A DNA stretch of 64,000 nt from a virus (lineage: Duplodnaviria > Heunggongvirae > Uroviricota > Caudoviricetes): positions 1 to 64,000 of the IMG/VR virus record IMGVR_UViG_2513237141_000003; one strand, 5' to 3'. This document shows, in pieces, positions 16,344-24,795 of this stretch. A model generated the notes under the pieces. It was not told the origin of the DNA and did not search any database. It was given only the letters and a program-made list of their open reading frames with translations. The translations under genes and the position numbers were made by a program. Positions within the stretch are counted from its first letter, which is position 1. Every line of letters begins with the position of its first letter.

Positions 16344-18700
16344 TGCCGGACGATTTGGGCCGCTACATCGAGCCGGTTGCCGAGGCTCTCTTTGGGAAAC
16401 CGACGTCGCGCAAGTCTGACGAGCTGCGCTACGGAAAGAACGGTTCACTCAAGATCAACCTGAAAACCGGCTTCTGGGATGACTGGGAGGCCGGGCAGAG
16501 CGGCGGCGTGCTCGCACTGATCGAGCGCGAGAAGGGGTTAAAGAACGGCGAGGCCATCGACTGGATGCGCTCGACGCTTGGCCTGGACATCGAGGACCGG
16601 CGCCCGCAGCAGCGACAGTCGGCGCCCTCGCGCGCTCCCGATCGCAACCCGCCGCCGCAGGACCCGCCAAGGGACGAACCAAGAGAGCAGCCGAAGGCGC
16701 GCCCCCAGCTCGTCAAGGCCTACGACTATACGAACGAGGCCGGCGATCTCGTCTTTCAGGTCTGCCGCATGGAGCCCAAGAACTTCCTGCAGCGCAGGAA
16801 GCCGCGGCCCGACGATCCCAAGGAGGACATCAAGGGCGGCTGGGTGTGGAAGCGCGACGGCATCACCCAGGTGCCGTACCGCCTGCCGGAGCTGGTCGAG
16901 GCGCTCGCCGATGAGCGGATGATCTTTCTTCCAGAGGGGGAGAAGGATGTCGACAACGTCTGCGCCCTCGGCGTCCCGGCGTCGACCAATGCCGGAGGTG
17001 CCGGCAAATGGCCTGACGAACTCACGCCATACTTCAAGGATGCTGACGTCGTCGTCCTGGCCGACAACGATCCGCAGACGAGAAACTCCAAGACCGGCGA
17101 GCTGCAATGGCATCCTGACGGGCGCCCGAAGTTGCCCGGGCAGGATCATGCCAAGCTGGTCGCCTCCAAGCTCGCAGGTGTTGCCAAGCGGGTTCGCATC
17201 CTCTCGCTGCCGAACCTTCCGGTTAAGGGCGACGCCACCGACTGGATCGAGGCCGGCGGCACCTCGGCTGAACTCTATCGGCTGGCGGAATCGCAGGCGA
17301 TGACGCTTGCGGAATATCAGGTCTATCTCGACCTCACATTCAAACCGAAGGCGTTCATCTCCAAATTCGGCGCGGTGATGTGGGGAGACCCGCGCGGGAA
17401 TCGCAAGCGGTACGAGTACATCATCAAGGGCATGATCCCGCGTCGCGAGACCGTACTGATCTACGGCGCGAGCCAGTCGGGCAAGAGCTTCTTCACCCAT
17501 GACATGGCGATGGCTGTTGCGCGCGGTGGAGACTATCTCGGGCGCAAGGTTAGGCGCGGCATCATCGTCTATTGCGCAGCAGAGGCCGGCGACGGCTTCG
17601 TCGACACTCGTTTCGCAGGCTACGCCACCGGCAAGGGCATCTCCGAAAACGAGGTGCTGCCGTTCTTCTGTCTGACCAAGAAGTTTGATCTGTTCGGCAA
17701 CGAGCAGCAGGCGATCGACCTGATCGCTGAGATCAAGGCGTTGGTTGCCATGTGGAACCAGCGCTTCCCGGACGATCAGCTCGAGCTCGAAGCGGTCGTC
17801 ATCGATACCTTCAACAAGACCACGCCTGGCATGGACGAGATCAACGGCAAGGAAGTTGGTCTCGTGATGTCGCGCCTCGACCGCATCCGCGAGGAGTGCA
17901 ACTGCGGGCTCTGGCTGGTGCACCACATGAACGCCTCCGGCACGGGGCCCCGCGGTCACACCTCGCTGTTCGCCGCATTCGAGACCGCCTTCCGGGTCGG
18001 GAAATACGACTACACGCTGAAGGACGCCCCGCCAAAGATCCGCGACGGGGACAGGATGAGGGAGCGCCGTTTCATCCAGAACACCAAGCAGCGCGAGGGC
18101 GAGGACGGCGAGGTCACCGACTTCTACCTGCGCGGCGTCATATCGAGCTACGACGAGGACAATCAGCCGGTCCCAGGGGCGGTGGTCGAATGGATCGACA
18201 CGCCGGCTTCGCGCGCCGCTGACAAGGCCGTCGAGGAGATCGGCATCGCGCTCACCGACCAGCGCGCCAACGTCTATCGGGCCATCCAGCGGGCCCTGGA
18301 GGAGAACGGCGTGCCGACGCCCCCAAGCCTCGGCCTGCCCAAGTCGATCCAACGCGTGGTCAACAGCCGGTTCATCAGGCCCGCATACCTTAAATATTTC
18401 GCAGCGGAGGACGACTCGGAGGACGCGATCAAGAAGGCGCTGTCACGCTCCAACGATTTCCTCGTCCGCAACGGCATCATTGCGCGCAACAACCCATGGA
18501 TCTGGATCACAGGTAAGCGGATCAAGGGCGAGCAGCGGCGGCCAGAGCCGCCGCCGGAGGAGCCGGCGCCGGGAGATGTCGTCGAGGCGCCAGACGAAAG
18601 CGGCGACGAGATGGATTGGTCGGAGATCGGTGACGATGTCGGCGAGATGCCGCCGCCATCTCCGGCCGTGGAGCCGGAATTTGCGGGAGCGATGGAATGA
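16343..18700 (+). CDS. DNA primase/helicase (TOPRIM + RecA-like AAA_25/D5-type NTPase)
   Basis: TOPRIM EGEKD...DxD region; Walker A GASQSGKS, Walker B VVIDTF; acidic C-terminal tail. Confidence 0.85.
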   Translation: MPDDLGRYIEPVAEALFGKPTSRKSDELRYGKNGSLKINLKTGFWDDWEAGQSGGVLALIEREKGLKNGEAIDWMRSTLGLDIEDRRPQQRQSAPSRAPDRNPPPQDPPRDEPREQPKARPQLVKAYDYTNEAGDLVFQVCRMEPKNFLQRRKPRPDDPKEDIKGGWVWKRDGITQVPYRLPELVEALADERMIFLPEGEKDVDNVCALGVPASTNAGGAGKWPDELTPYFKDADVVVLADNDPQTRNSKTGELQWHPDGRPKLPGQDHAKLVASKLAGVAKRVRILSLPNLPVKGDATDWIEAGGTSAELYRLAESQAMTLAEYQVYLDLTFKPKAFISKFGAVMWGDPRGNRKRYEYIIKGMIPRRETVLIYGASQSGKSFFTHDMAMAVARGGDYLGRKVRRGIIVYCAAEAGDGFVDTRFAGYATGKGISENEVLPFFCLTKKFDLFGNEQQAIDLIAEIKALVAMWNQRFPDDQLELEAVVIDTFNKTTPGMDEINGKEVGLVMSRLDRIREECNCGLWLVHHMNASGTGPRGHTSLFAAFETAFRVGKYDYTLKDAPPKIRDGDRMRERRFIQNTKQREGEDGEVTDFYLRGVISSYDEDNQPVPGAVVEWIDTPASRAADKAVEEIGIALTDQRANVYRAIQRALEENGVPTPPSLGLPKSIQRVVNSRFIRPAYLKYFAAEDDSEDAIKKALSRSNDFLVRNGIIARNNPWIWITGKRIKGEQRRPEPPPEEPAPGDVVEAPDESGDEMDWSEIGDDVGEMPPPSPAVEPEFAGAME

Positions 18701-19149
18701 GCGAGACTATCGAAGTCGCCTGGCACCATGAGATGGTGGGCGTGCGCCTGATTGAGGCGGCCTCTACCATCCGCCGCATGCCGATGCGGGTTTGGCCGAA
18801 GGAATACGGCACGATCTGGCCGACGTACAACCCGATGACGCCGTCCGAGTTGCATGCGCTCAAGAACGAGATCATGCAGGTCGGCGGCGAGGCTGCGCTG
18901 CGCGAATGGGAGCGCGAGCAGAACCGCGTCGTCATCCAGCCATCAAGCGTCGAGATCGAGCGCGCCACCGAGGCTCTCGCCTGGCCGATGCGGTATTTGC
19001 TCAACGATCGCGAGACCGCGCAGGCCGTCGGATTCTGGGCGAGCACGACCTTCGATATTGAGGAGGCAGAGATCCCCTCCTTCGTGCGTGAGGGGCTGAA
19101 GGTCATCTCGCGCGGTTTGAAGCAGGACCGCGTACCGGTGAGGGCATGA
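18697..19149 (+). CDS. hypothetical protein (coupled to the primase gene)
   Basis: ATGA overlap. Confidence 0.55.
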   Translation: MSETIEVAWHHEMVGVRLIEAASTIRRMPMRVWPKEYGTIWPTYNPMTPSELHALKNEIMQVGGEAALREWEREQNRVVIQPSSVEIERATEALAWPMRYLLNDRETAQAVGFWASTTFDIEEAEIPSFVREGLKVISRGLKQDRVPVRA

Positions 19150-19152
19150 ACC

Positions 19153-19368
19153 GTGCGCAACTCAAGGCACCTTTACACCGACCTCAACAATAACATTGAC
19201 CCCGCGGTTCTGGCTGAGGGCGAGTCCTGCTTTGTGCTGACGAACCTTGCGCGGGTTGCCGCCATCAAGTTGCTCGGCAGCCATTCGCGCGACGCCTACG
19301 CCAAGCTTGGCCTCAGCGAAAAGGAGGTGGACGCACTCAACGGCCTTTACCACACACTGCAATGCTGA
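19153..19368 (+). CDS. hypothetical protein
   Basis: GTG start after GAGGG. Confidence 0.4.
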   Translation: MRNSRHLYTDLNNNIDPAVLAEGESCFVLTNLARVAAIKLLGSHSRDAYAKLGLSEKEVDALNGLYHTLQC

Positions 19369-19379
19369 CTTTCGACCAT

Positions 19380-19410
19380 CCCGTTCGCAGCGGGATCAAC
19401 CAAGGAGACC
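19380..19410 (+). promoter_or_regulatory. hairpin-SD cassette (plus-strand copy)
   Basis: cccgTTCGCAGcggg + caaggagacc; CHAP-like gene. Confidence 0.6.
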
Positions 19411-19416
19411 AGACTA

Positions 19417-19836
19417 GTGAAGCTTCGTTATATCGTGCTCGTCGCCGCGCTCGCGCTCGGCGTCGGATCAAGCGCCAGCGCGCGCTCGCACCATCACCAT
19501 CGTCACCATCATCGTGCATATCATCATGAGGTGAGCCACACCCAAGAGGTGGAAGGTAGTCGTCCAGCGGGATGCCCGAGCGCGTGGTGCGGGTGTTTCC
19601 TCGCCAGATATCTCCACATGGCGAACGAGCGGGTCCTATGGCTTGCCGCGTCATGGTTCCGCGTAGGCAGCGCGCTGAGCGCGCCCGAGGCCGGCGCAAT
19701 CGCGGTGCGCAACCATCACGTCGGCCTCGTGCGCGATGTGCGCCCCGGCCAGATCCTTTTGTTGTCGGGCAATGACGGTCACCGGGTGCGCGAGCGCTGG
19801 GTGTCGTCGGGATCGTATCGTTACCGTCGTATCTGA
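19417..19836 (+). CDS. secreted His-rich CHAP/NlpC-P60-like domain protein (possible peptidoglycan hydrolase)
   Basis: signal peptide, HHHHRHHH run, Cys (AWCGCF) and His (NHHVGLV) in CHAP-like spacing; cassette upstream. Confidence 0.5.
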   Translation: MKLRYIVLVAALALGVGSSASARSHHHHRHHHRAYHHEVSHTQEVEGSRPAGCPSAWCGCFLARYLHMANERVLWLAASWFRVGSALSAPEAGAIAVRNHHVGLVRDVRPGQILLLSGNDGHRVRERWVSSGSYRYRRI

Positions 19837-19875
19837 AAACCACCCGTTCGCAGCGGGTTCAACCAAGGAGACCAG
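19831..19875 (+). repeat. 45-bp direct repeat copy A (atctgaaaaccacccgttcgcagcgggttcaaccaaggagaccag)
   Basis: near-identical to 20781-20825. Confidence 0.75.
19843..19873 (+). promoter_or_regulatory. hairpin-SD cassette (plus-strand copy)
   Basis: part of a 45-bp direct repeat; DHH gene. Confidence 0.6.
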
Positions 19876-19878
19876 CAT

Positions 19879-20781
19879 ATGAAAACACTTTGCATCTACC
19901 ACGGCGGCTGTCCCGATGGATATGCGGCCGCATGGTGCGTCCGCAAGGCGCTTGGCGATGCCGTCGAGTTCTATCCCGGCGTCTACCAGAAGGACCCGCC
20001 GCCGTGCGACGGGCGCGACGTCATCCTCGTCGACTTTAGTTACAAGGCGCACGTCCTGCATGAGATGGCGTCGAAGGCCGCCACGATCCTGATCTTGGAT
20101 CACCACAAGACGGCGCAGGAGGACCTTGCCTCGCTGCCGCCGCCACTCGATGGACCGTACAACCCGGCCGCCATGCTGGCGTGGCAACGCGAATGCAATT
20201 CGCCGAACGCGATGCACGCCCTGTTCGACATGGACCGTTCAGGCGCGGCGATTGCCTGGGACTATTTCGTCGCCGGCGAGCGCCCGGACTTCATCGAATA
20301 TGTCCAGGACCGCGACCTCTGGCGCAAGCAAAAGGCTTTCGGCGACCAGTTCTCGATCGCGCTGGCGTCCTACCCGCAGGACTTCATGGTCTGGGATATG
20401 TTGATCGAGAGGGGCGTGAGCTCATTGATTGAGGAGGGGTACTCGATCAATCGCTACTACCGCCAGCGCGTCGAGGAGCTGAAGAGCCACGCCTACATGG
20501 CCAAGCTCGGCAACCATCTCGTCTGCATCGCGAACGCGCCGTATTTCGCCGCAAGCGAGGTGGCGGGCGAGCTGTCCCACCGGGAAGGGGCGGCCTTCGG
20601 CGCCTGCTACTTCGAGGTCGAGCCGGGCAAATTCCAGTATTCGCTGCGCTCGCGCGGCGACTTCGATGTCAGCGCGGTGGCAAAACAGTTCGGCGGTGGC
20701 GGCCACAAGGCCGCGGCCGGCTTTGCCTTGCGTGGTGTTGCCCATCGGCCTGTCGACAGTCTCGGTAACGAGACCAAGTGA
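19879..20781 (+). CDS. DHH-family phosphoesterase (NrnA/RecJ-like)
   Basis: motifs HGGCPDG, D(x)D, ILDHHK, GGGGHKAAAGF; cassette upstream. Confidence 0.8.
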   Translation: MKTLCIYHGGCPDGYAAAWCVRKALGDAVEFYPGVYQKDPPPCDGRDVILVDFSYKAHVLHEMASKAATILILDHHKTAQEDLASLPPPLDGPYNPAAMLAWQRECNSPNAMHALFDMDRSGAAIAWDYFVAGERPDFIEYVQDRDLWRKQKAFGDQFSIALASYPQDFMVWDMLIERGVSSLIEEGYSINRYYRQRVEELKSHAYMAKLGNHLVCIANAPYFAASEVAGELSHREGAAFGACYFEVEPGKFQYSLRSRGDFDVSAVAKQFGGGGHKAAAGFALRGVAHRPVDSLGNETK

Positions 20782-20825
20782 TCTGAAAACCACCCGTTCG
20801 CAGCGGGTTAAACCAAGGAGACCAA
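20781..20825 (+). repeat. 45-bp direct repeat copy B
   Basis: two mismatches vs copy A. Confidence 0.75.
20793..20823 (+). promoter_or_regulatory. hairpin-SD cassette (plus-strand copy)
   Basis: part of a 45-bp direct repeat; DUF3310 gene. Confidence 0.6.
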
Positions 20826-20826
20826 C

Positions 20827-21225
20827 GTGACAGACAACGTAAACAATCCCGCCCACTATGGCGGCAAGGACAATCCGTTCGAAACGATCAAGGTTCTGGA
20901 GGCGTGGCTGACGCCGCAGGAAGTCGTCGGCTTCCTCAAGGGCAACGTCATCAAGTACCAGTCGCGTGCCAACGCCAAGAACGGCGCGGAAGATTACGCG
21001 AAATCATCCTGGTACGCGAACCGGCTCGCCGAGTTCATCAAGACCGTCAATCTGCCGACCGCGCCAGTCGTGAACCCCAAGCAGGCCGAGGCTGACGGCA
21101 AGATCATCTTTGCGCAGGCCGCCAAGATTCAGATCCTGCGAGATGGCATCCGCGGCGCCATGTTCAAAATGGCTTCGCGCAACCCGCTCCGCTCGACTCT
21201 GAAGAAGCTACTGGAGATTGCCTGA
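20827..21225 (+). CDS. DUF3310-family phage protein
   Basis: N-terminal NNPAHYGG...E.I.VLEAW signature; GTG after cassette. Confidence 0.6.
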   Translation: MTDNVNNPAHYGGKDNPFETIKVLEAWLTPQEVVGFLKGNVIKYQSRANAKNGAEDYAKSSWYANRLAEFIKTVNLPTAPVVNPKQAEADGKIIFAQAAKIQILRDGIRGAMFKMASRNPLRSTLKKLLEIA

Positions 21226-21935
21226 TGGACAAGATCAGCATTCTCCCGGAGACCAAGATCGACGTGCTCGACCATGGGTTCGTGCGCCTCGTTGACCACC
21301 TTGGTAACGATCTTTCCGTTGTTCGCGCGGCGAGGGTTTCTTACGACGCCGCATGGCGGGCTGGCGAGGACACGGGGTCGGATCACCGCCTTATCCACTA
21401 CCTGATGCGTAACCGGCACACGACGCCATTCGAGAGCGTGGAGTTTCAGTTCGAGGTGATGGCGCCGATCTCGGTGTTCCGTCAGTGGCACCGGCACCGG
21501 ACGGCCACGATCAACGAGCTGTCCGCTCGCTACCGTGAACTGCCGGAGGTGTTCTATGTGCCGCTGCAGCGTCACGTCGGGGTGCAGTCGCTGTCGTCGA
21601 AGCAGGCGCGTATCTTCATCAAGGAAGGCGACCCCTTGCCGGAGGATCTGTGCGGGCAGATCGGCGCCTATGTGGAGTCGTGCCAAAACTCGTTCCGGAC
21701 CTATCGGGCGCTGCTCGCGGCCGGTTGGCCGCGCGAACTCGCCAGGAACGTTCTTCCGCTGGCGACCTATTCGCACATGTTCTGGAAGTGCGACCTGCAC
21801 AATCTGCTTCACTTCCTGAACCTGCGGACGCACGAGCACGCGCAATACGAAATACGCGTGTTTGCCGAGGCGATCCTCAAGCTAATCCGCCCGATGGTGC
21901 CGGTCTGTGTGGCGGCGTGGGAGGAACAGATCTGA
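21225..21935 (+). CDS. thyX: FAD-dependent thymidylate synthase
   Basis: ThyX motif RHRTATINELSARY; length 236 aa. Confidence 0.9.
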   Translation: MDKISILPETKIDVLDHGFVRLVDHLGNDLSVVRAARVSYDAAWRAGEDTGSDHRLIHYLMRNRHTTPFESVEFQFEVMAPISVFRQWHRHRTATINELSARYRELPEVFYVPLQRHVGVQSLSSKQARIFIKEGDPLPEDLCGQIGAYVESCQNSFRTYRALLAAGWPRELARNVLPLATYSHMFWKCDLHNLLHFLNLRTHEHAQYEIRVFAEAILKLIRPMVPVCVAAWEEQI

Positions 21936-22333
21936 TGGGGCGGCTTCCTCAAACCCACTGCAAACAAGGTCACGCGTTCACGCCGGAAAACACCGGACGC
22001 AGCGGCAAGAGCCGCGCCTGCCTCACCTGCCAGCGGGTGCGTGACAAGCTGCGGTATCGCAACGACCCCAATCGGCGCGAGAAGGTGCTCACGCGTGCCC
22101 GCAGCCAACGAAGGGAGACCACCAAGGCCTCTCCCGGCAAATCCCACTGCAGGAACGGCCATCTCATGAGCGAGAAAAACACGAGCTGGGAGGTCGCCGC
22201 TAGCGGCGCCAAGGTCAGGCGCTGCCGCACCTGCAAGAGCGCGAGAAACCGCCGGCGCCGCCGCCTGCACGACAAGCTCTGGAACCTGCCGCACGTCTCG
22301 CGATGGCTGCCAAGCATGGGGGCGATCCTATGA
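21935..22333 (+). CDS. tandem HNH-like zinc-finger protein
   Basis: two repeats HCxxGH...N...R.CxxC; ATGA overlap with thyX. Confidence 0.5.
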   Translation: MGRLPQTHCKQGHAFTPENTGRSGKSRACLTCQRVRDKLRYRNDPNRREKVLTRARSQRRETTKASPGKSHCRNGHLMSEKNTSWEVAASGAKVRRCRTCKSARNRRRRRLHDKLWNLPHVSRWLPSMGAIL

Positions 22334-22527
22334 GGGATATGGGGTTTCTGGTTTGGCTGCGCGGCAACAAGGGGCCGACGGCACAGCTGCGTCTCATGGA
22401 CCCGCGCTCTTCGATCGACTGGAAGGTGATGCAGGAGAACGTCATCCAGATCGTGACGTTGGCCGAGCACGAGCGGGGCTACTCGCTCGACCAGGCCGTC
22501 GCCGCGCATCCGTGTCCGGCGACCTGA
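22330..22527 (+). CDS. hypothetical protein
   Basis: coupled start. Confidence 0.4.
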   Translation: MRDMGFLVWLRGNKGPTAQLRLMDPRSSIDWKVMQENVIQIVTLAEHERGYSLDQAVAAHPCPAT

Positions 22528-22654
22528 TTTCCGAATCCTGCCGGGGAGTTCAACGCCCGTCGGCGGGTCACTAGCGCGCTGCCAGCGTGCAGCCACGGGA
22601 GACGAGAAACGGGCCGTGGGCGTCGGGTAGCCAACCCGCTTTGCCGACCTCGCC

Positions 22655-22690
22655 GACATTCCGCGTATCGCTCCCGGTTTTTTTTTCTTT
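22655..22690 (+). terminator. T9 tract after a weak hairpin (possible terminator/UP region before 22702 gene)
   Basis: cgcgtatcgctcccggtttttttttc; a T9 run is rare in this GC-rich DNA. Confidence 0.3.
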
Positions 22691-22701
22691 TGGAGGGCCT
22701 G

Positions 22702-23100
22702 ATGGCTGATGTGACCGGACCAATATCGACGCTCGCCGGCGCCATGCACGGTGTGCCTGACGGGCAGATGTGCGACCGACATCCCGACCGCCCTGCGATC
22801 GCGCGGGTGCAGGGCGAAACCGACTCGTTCGGCTGCGAGATGCACGACATGTGCAAGGAGTGCCTCGACGATCACCGCGCCTACAAGAACTCGCCCGAAG
22901 CCGCTGAACGCCGCAAAGGCAAATGCGAGTGGTGCAAGAATGATGCGACTGATCTCCGCGATGCCCGCGATTTCGAGGAGGGGTTGAGCGGCCGCGTCTA
23001 CCGCGTCTGCGGTGCCTGCATCAATCGGCAGCAAGACGAGCTGCGCGCCGAGCTCGATGACATGGACGAGGGGTGCGACGATGACTGCTACCTCGACTGA
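22702..23100 (+). CDS. Cys-rich hypothetical protein
   Basis: GGAGGG SD; multiple CxxC. Confidence 0.5.
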   Translation: MADVTGPISTLAGAMHGVPDGQMCDRHPDRPAIARVQGETDSFGCEMHDMCKECLDDHRAYKNSPEAAERRKGKCEWCKNDATDLRDARDFEEGLSGRVYRVCGACINRQQDELRAELDDMDEGCDDDCYLD

Positions 23101-23338
23101 TCGCGCCCGCTGCGTGGTGCCTTTCTGTCGCCGCACCACCAAGAGGTTCAAGGCGGAATGGATTTGCGGAAATCATTGGCCGCTGATCCCGAAGGCGCAG
23201 CGCCGCGTCTGGGGTCGCCTACGCAAACGATGGCGTCGCTACGGCCCCGAGGCTGGCGTGCATTTCGATGCCCGCTGGTGGCGGATCTGGGACCGGCTGA
23301 AGCGCGAGGCGATCGAACGTGCCGCGGGGATCAGCTGA
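23081..23338 (+). CDS. hypothetical protein
   Basis: overlapping start; basic. Confidence 0.4.
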   Translation: MTATSTDRARCVVPFCRRTTKRFKAEWICGNHWPLIPKAQRRVWGRLRKRWRRYGPEAGVHFDARWWRIWDRLKREAIERAAGIS

Positions 23339-23581
23339 ATGATCAAGCTAACGCACAGCGAACGCCACTTCCTGGGCCTGCTCATGGAGGAGGGCGCTAC
23401 TATCAGCGTCGGCACGAACGTCGGCAAGTCGCTGCACCGGCGCGGCCTTGTCACCATCGCGAGGTGGAAGCGATACGGCATCACGCAAGAGGGCAAGGAC
23501 GCTTTCACCGGCGGCGCCGCGAAAGCCAAAACGCAAGAGCGCAAGCAAGCCTTGGCGGACGCGCAACTAGCCTTGTTGTGA
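23339..23581 (+). CDS. hypothetical protein
   Basis: TGAATG junction. Confidence 0.45.
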   Translation: MIKLTHSERHFLGLLMEEGATISVGTNVGKSLHRRGLVTIARWKRYGITQEGKDAFTGGAAKAKTQERKQALADAQLALL

Positions 23582-23815
23582 GGGGCCCTGCCAAGGGGCC
23601 ATGGGACCTAGCCAAGGGCCCGGAACCGCCCCTTTTGCAGTGCACAAACCGGGCCCGGATGAGGGGCCCGAAAGCAGGGGAAACCCTGCCATATGGCAGG
23701 GCCCGCAGGCTTGGCAGGGCAGGCAGGGAACCGCTTAGGCGAGGGGCCCGCTACCCGTGACCGGACAAGGGGAACCGGGCCCCGAGGGGCCCGCTTTTAG
23801 GGGCCCGAACTGCCG
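23581..23815. repeat. GGGCCC-rich cluster (about 9 copies of RGGGGCCCG-like motif in about 235 bp) at the convergent block junction
   Basis: counted by eye; expected <0.5 copies by composition. Confidence 0.7.
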
Positions 23816-23881
23816 GGAAATGGGCTATTTTACCCGGATATAAATAGAATACCTAAATACCGCCAAATGGGCAAATAAAAG

Positions 23882-23922
23882 GCCGTTGGCACTGGGTCGA
23901 AACCCATCGCCAACGGCCCCCC
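23882..23922 (-). terminator. rho-independent terminator ending the leftward late block
   Basis: 10-bp stem ggccgttggc/gccaacggcc followed on the minus strand by UUUUAUUU. Confidence 0.55.
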
Positions 23923-23926
23923 ATCC

Positions 23927-24313
23927 TCACTTGAACAGAAGCAGGCTTACGCGCTCCCACGGAAAATGTTCTCGCGCAATCTTGGCCTCGGTCTGAGCGC
24001 GACCGTTGCCTTTCTTGTTCATGTCGTTGATGGCCATCCGGATCTGCACCGGACTCACACCCAAGGCTTCCACAAGCCAAAGAATCATGGGCCCACAATT
24101 GAGTCTCTGGTACAGCGTGCGGGCGTCAGTGACGGTCGTGTCCGACCTGCCGTAATACCCGCCATCTTCCGAGTTGTAATCTCCCGCCCAGCCAAGCCAG
24201 TGATCCTGGTGGGTCGGGTATCCGCTCTTATACAAACGGTCCGTCTCCGGCATGGTGGCCGGCAGGCGCCGGACCGCTGCCAAGAGCTCCTTGATCGAAT
24301 GTGCTTTCATCAT
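23927..24313 (-). CDS. hypothetical protein
   Basis: last gene of the leftward block; variant cassette upstream; terminator downstream. Confidence 0.5.
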   Translation of the reverse strand: MMKAHSIKELLAAVRRLPATMPETDRLYKSGYPTHQDHWLGWAGDYNSEDGGYYGRSDTTVTDARTLYQRLNCGPMILWLVEALGVSPVQIRMAINDMNKKGNGRAQTEAKIAREHFPWERVSLLLFK

Positions 24314-24332
24314 CGTTGCAATCGCATCCCTT

Positions 24333-24375
24333 GGTCTCCTTGTTTGGTTTCAGGTGAACCCCGCCTGAAGGGCAA
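24333..24375 (-). promoter_or_regulatory. SD 10-mer + variant hairpin
   Basis: ttcagg-tgaaccccgc-cctgaa. Confidence 0.4.
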
Positions 24376-24424
24376 TACCAAGACCGGGCGGGGGACGGTT
24401 TTGGTGGATCGGTGTTGCTGGCGC

Positions 24425-24441
24425 TTGCACCAACGTGGTGC
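24425..24441. promoter_or_regulatory. operator-like palindrome TTGCACC-aacgt-GGTGCTC
   Basis: same family as cI/cro operators; in the non-coding stretch next to the orphan cassette. Confidence 0.35.
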
Positions 24442-24476
24442 TCGGCTTAAGAAGTGAGTGTCTCTGGTGGAGAGCT

Positions 24477-24536
24477 GGGATGGTCTCCTTGCGGCTCCTT
24501 GAGACACCGGCCCCGGAGCTGCGAACTCCGGGGCCA
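24477..24536 (-). promoter_or_regulatory. orphan hairpin-SD cassette with no ORF
   Basis: ggccccggagCTGCGAActccggggcc (10-bp stem) + caaggagacc; no start codon follows. Confidence 0.5.
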
Positions 24537-24547
24537 ACTTTTTTTAT
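24510..24547 (+). terminator. hairpin + T7 tract (plus-strand intrinsic-terminator form); same hairpin as the orphan cassette
   Basis: ggccccggagctgcgaactccggggcc aacttttttt. Confidence 0.45.
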
Positions 24548-24795
24548 GGCCGCAGCTTGCCGCTCAGCCATCGGTCCAGCGCTATGCCGCCGGCGTGAAG
24601 CCGGCAATATGGTTTACCGTCGATCTCAACGGTGCTTTCACGCTGGCACCTGTCCGGGTCCATGTGTGGCCTTAACCGCAAATAGCGATCTCGGCGCCAC
24701 ATGGTGGCGTGTGTCGGAGGGTCCACTGGCGAGCTGCACTGCGCCGTATGCACAGGCTCCGGCTTGATGGCCTTTGGCTTGATCTCGGCGATCAT
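24544..24795 (-). CDS. hypothetical Cys/His small protein
   Basis: ATGA coupling to the upstream gene. Confidence 0.35.
   Translation of the reverse strand: MIAEIKPKAIKPEPVHTAQCSSPVDPPTHATMWRRDRYLRLRPHMDPDRCQRESTVEIDGKPYCRLHAGGIALDRWLSGKLRP

Noticed and set aside
16538-18352. 604-aa minus-strand ORF antisense to the primase/helicase gene
   Set aside because: No RBS, Arg/Ala/Gly-rich low-complexity translation typical of antisense frames in high-GC DNA; the sense strand encodes clear TOPRIM and Walker motifs.
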